From Camelus ferus (taxonomy: Eukaryota), in the NCBI RefSeq assembly GCF_009834535.1, contig NC_045697.1, forward strand, positions 78,928,001 to 78,992,000: a stretch of 64,000 bases of DNA. The letters run 5' to 3'. A program made the position numbers and the translations under genes. A model generated the notes under the pieces. The model saw nothing but the letters and a program-made list of their open reading frames with translations, had not been told where the DNA came from and made no database searches. This document shows positions 13,930 through 25,649 of this stretch, one piece after another. Each line of letters begins with the position of its first letter. Within the stretch, counting starts at the first letter, position 1.

Positions 13930-14480
13930 GAATCACAGAATCTCAGGTTTGGAAAGACCATCAAAGATAAGTTAATCCAACCACACCTCTAATAACAGAG
14001 CCACTCCTTGTCAAGACTATGTTCAACCCTCACACTGTTTCTCAAATTGCTGGTTCTTTCTCTGAGCATATTTGACCATAGGGGAACTCATCTTTATATT
14101 TAGACAAAATCCTTGCATTATAGCCTCACCTAGTAGTTGTGTCCATTTTCAGGGCCACGTGGAATAAACTCAACTCTCCTCCAGGAAAAAGCCTTGAGAT
14201 AGTTGAAGCTATTCTCCTGAGCCTTTTCTTCACCTATTAAGTAGGCACAGCTCTGTTCGTTCTTCCTACGTGGGATAGTTTTAAGTCCCTTGTCTTCTTG
14301 GTCCTTTCCCTCAGAAGTAATTTAATATATTCTTAAGAAGTGTGATACCCAGAACTGAACACAATCCTCTAGAAATGTCCTTTACAGAGCTAGGTGGAGT
14401 GATCTAACAGCTATTGCATAGTAGATGATACACTTTATTAATATGTTAATTATATTCATTTTAGTCAAGGTTGGGAGAGG
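13930..14480 (-). mobile_element. L3/CR1 LINE 3' portion
   Basis: aatcacagaatctcaggtttggaaagacc is the reverse of the CR1 3' terminus; cccagaactgaacacaat is a CR1 RT-region motif. Confidence 0.75.
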
Positions 14481-15001
14481 TGGGAAGAGGAAGGACATCA
14501 AAAGCTTACTAACTAAATGTGCTGTTTTCTATTCTTGCTTTCTTTTCTCCATCATTGCTGTTCCTACAAAGAAAACCTCAATCATAAGTAAACTCCCTAG
14601 AAAACTAAATGTATCAAGACATAAATACATGACTCAGAAAGACAGATATATTTTTCTTATGCTGAGCTATTAAGCTTTATGAAAAGTAGGAATTTGATGT
14701 AATTTATAAGGAAAAATACAATAAAACTTTCTCATTTCTTTTGTATAGAAAGAGTTAATGTTTGCTAAGGCTTTGTGTGTAAAATATAATCCCTGAAATG
14801 AAAGAAGTTGGCCTGATTTATGACATTAATAAAAACTGAACAGAAAGAAATAACTTGATATCTCTGCTTTATTATTGAAAAAGAAAATACAACCAAATTG
14901 TTTATTTTGTTTCTTATTTATCAATGATAGCATAAATTCAACCCAAGTGGAGTCTTATATTAAACCTATAAAATTAATAAGATCCACTGTGTATACATAT
15001 A

Positions 15002-15214
15002 GAGTTCACCTTTGAACAACTTGGGGTTAGGGGCACAGACCCCTGTACAGTCAAAAATCATGTATAACTATAGTCGGCCCTCTGTACGCGTGGTTCCAAA
15101 TCCACAGATTCTGCCAACCACAAATCATGTAGTACTGTAGTACTGACTATTGAAAAACATCCAAGTATAAGTGTACCCATGCAGTTCAAACCCGTGTTAT
15201 TCAAGGGTCAACTG
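15002..15214. mobile_element. Tigger2-family (TcMar) MITE
   Basis: Terminal inverted repeats gagttcacctttgaacaac / gttattcaagggtcaactg, flanked by TA on both sides. Confidence 0.85.
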
Positions 15215-15948
15215 TATATAGATTATATAGGTGTGGATAGATGAACATACATATACATATGTCTCAATTAAAATATACACATAATATACATGTACATGCA
15301 TATGTATGAAATATTCTCCTGTAATATTTTAGAAATAAGCTCTAGGGCAAGCAAGCAAAACAAAAACTTAAAGTGAAAGACTTGGTCTGCCTCTATCTTT
15401 CTTCTCCCTAGATACTTTTTCCTAGTTCCAGAGTATTTTCCCTTACTGCCTTTAGATTACAGTTTTGCTATTACCAAAGCCAATCTCTATATTTATAGTC
15501 TTTTCAAGATGTAGTTGATGATGTTTTGCTGCCTGATATTAAAGTCACCGATGAAGCTAGAGTTATTGGGACCCAAAGTTAAGTAACAGAAAGAATTTCA
15601 CTACCCGCTGTTATTTGTGAAATAAACAGATTTCTGGGCCTCCACTTCCAGCAATGCAGGGACTACCTGGGCAGACTTCATGGCCATAAACAAGGAGAAG
15701 GGTAGGGAGTGAGGGGAGCAGCACAACAGCACACTCCCTGCTGGGGCAGAGCTCCTTGAATAACCAACTCTGCAACCTGAATGGGGGTTCAGCCGCTAAT
15801 GAGGAGGGTAAAGACTAAAACAGAGAATGAACAAGTTTCATCTTTTGTGTAGTCTGAGAACACTGTGTCTGAGTAAGTAGACCCAAGTTACTGTGATTTC
15901 TGCATTGGTTGATTGAAATTCTTTTATCAGCAACCAGAATCCTCCTCA

Positions 15949-15972
15949 AATTTATGGGAGCTCCCATAAATT
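15949..15972. repeat. Perfect 24-bp palindrome
   Basis: aatttatgggag|ctcccataaatt. Confidence 0.95.
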
Positions 15973-17616
15973 GAGCCAAAGCTGTAAGTCTAAGATCGAT
16001 ATGGACAGATTCAATACTATAGTCATTTCAGTAAGCTGAGACATTTAAAAAAGGACAAGACAGTTTTAAAAAGGAAGAAAATAAGGCTTAATGGAAATGA
16101 TGGTACAATTTGTAATTTCATGTATCTAAAAGATCCTTTCTCAGTGAAGAGCTAGGGTCAAACGTATTTCATTAAATTTAATTTAATCACAATTTTTAAA
16201 CCAGGGGAGGGAAATAAATTTTCACAAATTAATGATGGAACAATAAATAATTTTTGTATACTACATAGGCTGATAATTTAATCAATTATGATATTTTTGA
16301 TTGCTTAATTTCAAGCACTAGTATTTGAGAATATCTATAGTTGACCAGAATAAAATAATGGAATTTAGTCCATGTGTATCATAGACAATTCTTTATTTTT
16401 CTTGAGAAAAACCACATTTCTTATGAGCAAAAATCTAAGGTAAAGAAGCAGGAAGAGAAACATATAAAATTAATCAGAAAAGTAGTCAGTCTTTTTGTCA
16501 GCAAAAATATAATCTCAAAGGAGAGTTTGTTTAGTCATATTTTTGTAGACAAGAAGAAGAAATATTAATTTTAATATAATTCTAAAGAAATCAATAAAAA
16601 TGTTAAAAGCTTATTGCATTGTCACTTATAAACAATATGTTCTTTTCAATGTAAAGCACAGAATTATTTGTTATCTGAGAAGTAAATGTAATACTATTGT
16701 CACAAATCATTATCAGAACAAAAGCTGTCACCCTTTTTGAATGCTATGTTCTCACCATTATACTAGGTGCTCTACAAATATTAGATGTTTATCATCAAAG
16801 GAATGTTATGTATATTTTATTATGTGAATTTTTCAAATAAGAAAATTGTAACTAAGATGCCGCTTTCTTTGCCCAAGGCCCATCTAGCTGACCCAAAACT
16901 GATGCTCAATTTTGTCTCCTTGCCTGTAAAATGCTACTTTTAAAAAGCCCTATTCTATACTTTACATCTTGACCCAAGTCCTAAGAATTTGAATTTAATT
17001 TTTACAGTTCCATATTATTATACTCATAGCACACATTTAAAACTAGAAATAAATAATACTTTTATTTTTATAGAATAATATTTTATTAATCTCAACAATA
17101 ACCAAATGGAATCTAACACATGTTCTCAACATTAATAGTGTTACTGTATTTTAACACTATACTGGAACATTATATTCAGAATTAGAGAATTAAATTGAAT
17201 AATAGAAGCTGAACTTTGAGGACATTAAAGTAGTTGTTAAGTAATGCACAAAAGAAGAAATAAAAGATTGATTTTTCCAAGTTAAAAGACATTGCAAATA
17301 ATTTCTAAGAAGTAAAAATATCCTGAACGGTCATTAATTATGCCTGAGAGTATATTTTATGTATAAATTCTTATGGGGAAAGATGTAATCAAAGATAAGG
17401 ATGAGTTCCCATATATCAATATTTTAGTTTTCTTAGTTTTCCAAGTGAAGTAACATATATTCATGAATGCAAGTGGTTGAAAAATGTAATAAATTAATCT
17501 AGAGTATAGCATTATTGTACTCTATGTCCAATAAAACAGTAATTTCGAGAGCAGAGATGCATTTAGTCATATATTTGCTTTTTTATAATTATTGAAAAAC
17601 ATGAAATTTTAACTTT

Positions 17617-17680
17617 CATTTATTTTTTAAATTTTTTCTTTCAGTTTTATTGAGATATAATTAACATACACTGTATACTT
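17617..17680 (-). mobile_element. L1-like extreme 3' end, forming the tail of the adjacent SINE
   Basis: Minus strand reads tgtatgttaattatatctcaataaaactgaaagaaaaaa, a typical L1 terminus. Confidence 0.7.
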
Positions 17681-17803
17681 TTGGTGGGGAGGGAGGATGG
17701 GGAGGTAATTAGGTTTTTTTTTTAAATGGAGGTACTGGGGGTTGAACCCAAAACCTTGTGCTTATGAGGCACACACTCTATCTCTGAGCTATACCCTCCC
17801 CCC
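17681..17803 (-). mobile_element. tRNA-derived SINE, camelid Vic-1 type
   Basis: Minus strand ggggagggtatagctcag...gggttcaacccccagtacctccattt...cctaattacctcccc with A and B boxes. Confidence 0.9.
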
Positions 17804-18051
17804 TTAACTTTTAAGATTAATTTAAATTAACTCTGCTATGAAGTTTTCATTTTCCCTCTGTTGAGAACATTACCTCATACTTTTGAATCTACGTATAAAG
17901 AGAAATTAATGTAGATACACACACTATGTGTATAAATGATACTTGCTGCAAAATTAAAAATTTCTCTCTGAAGATCACCCAACCAGGTTATACTTCTGGT
18001 AGCAACCAGAATTGGCCTGTCCCTAAAGGAAGCAGTTCACGATCCTGAGTC

Positions 18052-18061
18052 CCATATTTGG
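18052..18061. promoter_or_regulatory. CArG box (SRF motif), candidate
   Basis: CCATATTTGG is a perfect CC(A/T)6GG match. Confidence 0.3.
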
Positions 18062-19399
18062 AAAGGCTATTTGCCTGAAATGTGCCTCAGCAGGGAAGAG
18101 TGGCTGACCCATTTGCAACTGCCACTAGGTGGAAGTCAGGGCACTCCCTTGGTGCAGACCCTGCTGCAGTCCCAAGGCTGGCCTTGCCGACATTTCACCC
18201 AGAGCTCTGGTGTGGAAAGGGAGGACCGTGCCTGACTCACTGCCATGGGCAGGCCCCGTGCCCTCTCAGATGCCCACAAAGATGCTGACAGCAGTGCAGA
18301 ACCTTAACCTGCCACCTCAACGAATTTGAACCTCAGCCAGGAATGTAAAAGAAAAGAGTGAGCATCTTATAACCACAGCCAAGCTCGGTGACGGCCTGCT
18401 CACTCCAAAGCCTCTAGATCATTCTGAAGACTATCCACATAATCAGTTTTGCAGATAAGTTTTCTTTTTTTAATCTTTTCTGCTGAAGTATTCAAACGGC
18501 TCAACAGCTCTTGCTGTTACTCCTCATTCTAATCAGCCCTCCTCATGCTTCTGATATCAGTGGTTTGTTCAAGAGCACCCGAACATTCATTTCTACCCGA
18601 ACAGAGTTAAGACACAATGTCTAGGAGCTAGGCACTGTGGAGGGCCACTTACTGCGGGAAGCCAATTGTTGTGAATTTCTGTGCAGAACAGACTTCAGAT
18701 AGCACACTCAGGCATCATTATAAAAGGGGCAGACCGACCATCATCACCATCAGAATTTTGACCGTGACAGTCAAGGCAGGGTTGCCGAGTCCAGACGGGC
18801 ACTCAAGCTACAATAGCTCAAAAGCATCCTCTAATTCAGGCTTCATGAAGAAAATTAAGGGAATTACCAAATAATCACTAAACCTGTAGTATTGAATGAA
18901 GCCTATTTATAATTATATCTAATTAATAGACAAGTTTAGCATAATTATATGTATATACCCAAACTACAACTTATATGCAATACAGCTGAAATATAAATTT
19001 CCAGTTACCTTCTCCGAAGAACTGATGAAAATTCTTAGCAAATATGATCAAAAGTGTGGTCTCTGGTGCATTCTGTCTTCCCTGTCTCCTAGAACTGCCC
19101 ATGTTTCTTTGATCTTTTCTCTGCACTTCAGTCCTTTTCATGTCATGTGAAAGCACCAAAAAAGTGCTTTTCCATGTTAGAATCATCACCTAAGCCCCTG
19201 TTTTTTAAATTGGTCAGTGTGCATTTCCAGCATAATTATCATTAGTAGATTCCTACTGGGGATTGCTCCCTCCGTTCTGGTCTGAAAGAAAAAAAAAAAA
19301 AATGCCAGCCATTGTTCACTCTGTTAATGTGGCTCCATGACCTGGGACCAGCCTGTCTGAGGGCTCTGTAACTTGCTTCTTTTATTCAACACCCAGGAT

Positions 19400-19645
19400 G
19401 GTGCTGCAGTTAGGAGCAAACTCTAAAGCCAGGCTCCCTGGATCTGAGTTCTGACTTTGTCACTAACTAGCTATGTGGCCAAGAGATCTGTTGAGGCTTT
19501 TTCTACTTCAGATTTCTTATCTGTACAATGGGGATAAGTGGACTCACTCCTAGGGTTCTATGAGGATTAATTTACCTAATTCATTCACTTGGAACTGAGC
19601 CTAGGATTATGATGAGTATTTTATAAATGTTACCTACTTTTATTC
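19400..19645 (+). mobile_element. MIR SINE
   Basis: cactaactagctatgtggcc...cagatttcttatctgtacaatggggataa...tgaggattaa. Confidence 0.8.
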
Positions 19646-20256
19646 TGCCCATCTGACATCTGCTATCCAACTAATTTAAGAGCTAATATATGAATGCTGT
19701 GCTCAAGTGATGGCCCTGATTCCTTTAACTGCAAAAGGGGATGCTTCTCAACTAACTAGGTAAGTGGTTGCATCATCAAGAAGACATGACCAAATTCCAA
19801 CTTTATGTATAAGTAAGTTCACCAGTTTTAAGAGCTCAACCAGCAGGCTAAATCATAGCATAATGTCCCCACGGACCATAATTACATCGTGATAACAATG
19901 TCAAATCATTTCTCTCTAGCTGCGAAGGTAAAAGATGGAATTCCATTGTATTTCAACTCATCTCTGCTCCAGAAAAGCTGTCAACTCATATCAGTAAATC
20001 CTTTGTTAAGAATTCTGTGTAGACATTTACAGAAGTGACTTCTTGGTTGAGGTATGGGGAGTATCTAACATTTAGCAATCCTAAGGAAGAGATGAGGAAA
20101 AAGTAAAACCCTGTTTGTTTCTTCTAGGAACAATGAGATCTAGGTGCTCATATTTAGGAGAAAACTGTTGAGGATTGGATTAAACTTGGACTTTCCCTGT
20201 GTCACTGACACTCCAGCTAGTAACTACCTAAAGGAAGAAGTTAATAATTGGCCTCA

Positions 20257-20719
20257 TGTAATAGCTAAGTTTATGAGTCAACTTGGCTAGGCCACAGTAC
20301 CCAGATATTTGGTGAAATGTGTCTGGAGGTTGCTGTGAAAGCATTTTTAAGATAAGAGTAACATTTCAATCAGTAGATTCTGAGCAAAGCAGATTACCTT
20401 CCATAATGTGGCTAGGCTTCTTCCAAACAGTTGAAAGCCATAATAAAAAGGTTGATCTCCCCCTGAGGAAGAGGTAATTCTGTCAGCAGACTACCTTTGA
20501 ACTTGAACTGCAACATCAACTATCCCCTGGGCATCCAGCTTGCTACTTTATCCTGCAGATTTTGACCTTGCAAGCCTCCACAATTACATAAGTCAATTCC
20601 ATAAAATAACTCTCTCTCTAGACATCGATATGATAGGACAGAGATAGAGATAAGCATAGACATAGAGATAGAGATGTATACATCCTGTTGATTCTGTTTC
20701 TCTGGAGAAGCCTAATACA
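20257..20719 (+). mobile_element. MLT2 (ERVL) solo LTR
   Basis: TG...CA ends; tttatgagtcaacttggctaggccacagtacccagatatttgg near the start; ttctgtttctctggagaagcctaataca at the end. Confidence 0.9.
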
Positions 20720-20937
20720 CCGAGCTTCTGAAAGTAGATTCCTGAATGCCAACAACCTAAACTATATCCAAAGGGAGAGTCACTCATGTCTTCTTCAATT
20801 TCCCTTGGGTGGATAACAGATGACACATGCTTTGTAATTTTCTTTGTACAACACAAGGACTGCCTAGCTGCCCAAATAATGAGAACACACTCAGCACTGA
20901 GAATGGTTTGCTTGATTTACATTAAAAGCATTGAATT

Positions 20938-20959
20938 CACACACACACACACACACACA
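20938..20959. repeat. (CA)11 microsatellite
   Basis: Seen directly. Confidence 0.95.
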
Positions 20960-21466
20960 AAGCGCAATTATACCTCTTTTCAAAAGCCACGAGCTCTTAA
21001 TGCACTGGAAATCTACAAAATTTGTAAAGAACTTACTGTGTCCTAATTTTTACTTTGTAAAAACAAATTTTTATATAATTCCAAAATAGTAGAGAAATAG
21101 CTTCTTAAATTTTAAGTGCATGGTGCAGCCCTTTTTTTTAGATTGCCCTCTATATCAGTAAAGAACGCATTTGGCTGCAAGTACCCTTCCATTGTGCTGC
21201 AGGTGGGTTACAGATGTGCTATAACTGTATCAATCTTATTAGCCCTTAGATCATCTGGGAAGAGTCTGGAGTGGTCAGAGTTTCTAGGCCAGTCATCTCC
21301 AGACATAAACAGCTTTTTCCAGAGCTCCACAAAGGGCCGTTCCAGTAGAGTGAAGGTTGATGGTGTGCCATAAAATCCCCATGGGCAGTAAAAACTAAGA
21401 ATGACATGAAGCCATTCACTGTTCTACCATGACATGCTATTCATCCAGCCAAGTATGATATATTAC

Positions 21467-21660
21467 CTGAACATCTACTCCAGTAGTCAGCACACTGTTT
21501 CCCATCGTGGACTTGGAGCCCAAGGAGCTACTGAAGGAGTTCATATAACAGGCACTCATGGAACACAGCATACAACTTAAGGTACAGCTGCAAAGGTCTG
21601 GCTGGCAAGCTGAGCGGGAGGCTGGCAAGCACACTTCCGGGCCGTACCCGCCAGTCTCCA
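21467..21660 (-). promoter_or_regulatory. Candidate alternative promoter/first exon
   Basis: CpG cluster with ETS site CCGGAAGTG (21632-21640), Kozak-context ccacgATGG (ATG 21505-21503), donor CAG|GTAATA after 21467. Confidence 0.3.
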
Positions 21661-24499
21661 CCTTTGCTCCACTTCTCTTTGATGTTGCTTGTATGCCCAT
21701 GAAGTAGTGTACAACTGAGCTGCAGGGTGACTGATCTAGTTATCTATGCATTTCCAGTGATTATAGCTTTATTATTTTAAATTCTTGATATGAAAAAGTC
21801 TGATTAGATTCTACACCTACTTACATTATCACAAGATATTCTAACATTACATCTGTTACTGAAGAAAATTAAAAGTTTTTAGATTTGTAGATAATAATTT
21901 CAACTGGCATAAATTTTTAAATGGTAAAAATGCATTTTAAAAACATTCTTTGCTATTTATGCAAATAATTAATGTGATTATTACCAAGAATTTGAATATA
22001 TCATAATTTAAAAGTTTTACTAAAATTTTTCAAATTATTTTCTCTATCTTTATGATAGATAAATTAAATATTTAATTTTAATGTAAATTAAATATTTATT
22101 TTTCCCATGCTCCTCTGTATTTTATTATTATCATCATAAATTCCCTGAATATTATCCCAGTGTGCATTGCAAACATTATTATTTTATATGTGTATCATGA
22201 TTAGGTACAGGATGAGAAATACCAGTTAAAATAGGCTATTTTTTTTCAACATATATCAAGAAATCCCCAGATAGTTGCTGCACCACCTATTCATTTAAGC
22301 TTCCCAAAGGCAAGTTATATGCCTACATCATCATCAGATCTTCAGTTTCTTATCTGATGACCAGCCCAATAAATATGAATGAATCAATGATAAGTATGGA
22401 AAAAGACAGTAACTTTTCCTTCAAAATAAAATTTTAAATCTTTAGCCACTTCATTATCTATTAGAGAAGCCTCTAGAATTCCTTGGGGAATTTTTTTTCT
22501 TCAAAGAAACACTAATACATTTAGAATAAGAATCTATATTACTTAGCAAAGAAGACGGAATTCTTTGTCAGTATTTCAAAGAGCAGTGGTAAAGGGCAAT
22601 GGCACTCTGACCCTCCAGATTCCCTCTGATCTCATTCCACTACCATAATCCCCCCACATTCTCCCTCTTTTCTGGTCTGACTCCTAAAAGTGACTATATG
22701 GACCACTTTAATATTTTTTCTTAAAAATACAAGTCCTTAAAATATGTTTCCTATAAGTCAGTGACTGCCTACAAAGAAAGGTTTTCTTACTCTTGTTATA
22801 ATGTTTCTCACAAAGATTTCCATCTTTCTTCAATACATTGCCCACTTTCAATTTTACTGAATTTTCACTTCAAGTCAGAATTTGTTCATATATTTATAAA
22901 TTATCAATAGGTGAAATAAAAGGAGGACAAAAAAGCAGAAAATATGTACAACATTCTCATTGCAAGAGTAACAGCAAAGCATCTAGTTAATAAGCTAATG
23001 CTAGATAAATTTACCAAGCTTCCTGGAATGCCTATCATCTTCACCACAGTCAGAGTCAGAAATGAAAACACCTTTAGATATTTTCCATTCTAAGAGTGAT
23101 GTCTACCCAAAAGTAATAGCTACATCTTAGGAAAATTTGATTTTAACCTCAGATAATGGTTCCTGCAGGAATAAAAGAAAAACAACAGGCAAACAGACAA
23201 GTAAACAGCAGATATTTTGGCTGTGAGGCCAAAGTAATTTACCATTTCACCCACCACATGCATCATATTTGAACAACTGGAAAATGTTTCATTTGTTACA
23301 TGATTAATTATCACTTTTCCTAAAGTCTATGTCCCACTATACAGCTAACATGATGTGCCACCTTAGGAAAAACCTAGGTGGTTTTAGCAAAGCTGGATTT
23401 ACCAAACTCAATAAATTACACATTCCTTTGGTACCTGTGTGGTTAAACTGTTTTTAACTGAACTCCACTGGTGTCATACGTAGTAAACAAATGAGCATAG
23501 GTGGAAACATCATGACTGTTTACAGCACAAATATTATGCAGCTTGCGATTTTAGATGACCCACTGGCAAGTCTTAAAGCAAAAAGTATTTACTGTTCAGA
23601 CATACTCTTTTCTTGACACTTTTGTTATGATTTCTTTGTTTTCTGAACATTACAAACCCAGTTGTTTAGGTCGTGTGACATGGCAGCTGAATGGACATAC
23701 CATAAAAGTTCTTACTAAACAGAGATTCTTTCTGGTTCAAATTTATTTCCCCATTAAACAAGAAGCAATTTAACACTTGCTTGAAAACACCACTTTGATT
23801 ACTTCACTGGAAGGAATTCTTTATTATTTTATGGACAAACAGATTACAATTCTCTATTCATGCACAGGTCTATTCTGATTTTCTCCCACATAAAATGTGC
23901 ATCACAAGAAAAACAAACAATATTACCTTAACTTGTTTTTGAGGCATTATCTGTGTTGAATTTTTTAAAAAATAATAATCTGTAACAGCTGAATGCCTGT
24001 TTTTCCCTTTAATTCTATGATTATCTGTTTAGTGCCCTTAAGAAAAATAGTGATTATATCTAATATTTCCCCCCATAATCTTAGATCCCCCAGAAAAGGA
24101 AGAAAATAATATGTATACAAGACAGTTACCCTTTTGTCTGTCGTTCTCAAACAGCTTGGGAATATGACCAAAATCAAGAAAGGTCAGCATTATAAGCCTA
24201 ATAAATTAAATACTGAAGGTACAGAAAGCCTAAGACTTAAAAGTATAGATAAACATATTACTTTTTGAATTTCTCATTCCAAAGTAATATTCAGTTACCT
24301 GATAACTCCAGCCCAGTAAATAGTTTATTAGTTTTAAAAGTACCTTCAAATTCCTCTTCATTTTGCTAAATTTCACTAACTGTGTATTTGTGTAACACAT
24401 AGCATGATACAACAGAACCAGAGGCTTTTAGAGCCAAAAGTTTTTAGAACCAACTGTTGAACGTATGTCATGGGCAAAGCAATATCTCTGATACTTAAT

Positions 24500-24572
24500 A
24501 TGCTAGAGGTCTTAAGGGACTTGCTCAAGGTCACACAGCTGGTTAGTGACAAAAGCAGGACTAGACCTAAAC
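24500..24572 (-). mobile_element. MIR fragment
   Basis: gacttgctcaaggtcacacagctggttagtgac. Confidence 0.75.
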
Positions 24573-24731
24573 ACTTGGCCAGACATGGTGGCAAGTGATT
24601 CTCCTTTCCTGCTGCTTGCTTAGCATAGGAGGGTTGGGGACGGGAGGTGTCAATCGCTATCTCTCTACTACTGAGGACAAATGTTGCATCACTTAATCAG
24701 AATGCAGTCCTTCATCGAGCAAAATCTCAAA

Positions 24732-24745
24732 GTGACATCTAGTGG
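24732..24745 (-). promoter_or_regulatory. CTCF-like motif
   Basis: Minus strand CCACTAGATGTCAC has one mismatch to CCASYAGRKGGCRS. Confidence 0.4.
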
Positions 24746-25411
24746 AAAACCCAGTCTCTATGGAGACATTTAATTAAACTGCAGTCCCTTTATACCAGCA
24801 CAAATATTGTGAGGGAAAACAACTCAACTCCTTTGACATTTTTGCAAATAGGTTTAGTGGAATCCATTCTGTTTACTTTTACTGACATTTGTTTTTCAGT
24901 CAATTATCCCACATGGTTATTTTTTTTCTTTCATAATTTATTGCTAGCAAGTTAGCCATAAGAATAAATACAAGTAATTCCTTTCTTTAGTACAAGTACC
25001 AGAGTTTAGGTTAATAATAGCTGAAAAATAAACACTCATTTTACCCTTTCCTTTTCCTAATAGTTCTAGTTTACTCATAAATCAGACTGGTGGCAACACC
25101 TGAATCCAACTAGGAAGAACTTAACCTCAAATGTATCGGGGGTTTCTCCTCACATAGCCCTAAAACTTTGGAAAACAACACATTTTACTGGATTAGTCAT
25201 CAGCCAGATAACTAAATATGACAATCATTTATATGTCATATACACCTGTCTCCATTTTTGCAAATCTTTATTTTGAAACTTTTTGTGAAGTCTTGAAAGG
25301 TTCAGAAAGCCTTCATCACAAAAAGTTCTATTCCTTTTATATTCCATAGGATCTCACTTAGTAGACATAGAAAAATTAATTTTTAAGAGGTTAAGAATAT
25401 GTAGTGTAGAA

Positions 25412-25562
25412 CCGAGCTGCTCAAACTCTAATATGCATATACATCACCTAGAGAGCATGTCAAAATGCATACGCAAATTCAGTAGATTCAGAGTGAGGCC
25501 TGAGAGACCAATTCCTAACAAGTTCTCAGGTTCGACGTTAGTCCACACTTTGAATGGTAAGG
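25412..25562. mobile_element. MER5-family hAT-Charlie MITE
   Basis: ctcaaact...atcacctagagag...ttcagtag...tgaggcctgaga...ctaacaagttctcagg...ccacactttgaat. Confidence 0.7.
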
Positions 25563-25649
25563 GTGTAAGAGGAAAGGACATTTACTTTGGAGCTGGGGAG
25601 ACCTGGACTGAAATCTAACTTCATTGGTTTCTGGCAGTGGGAACCTGAG

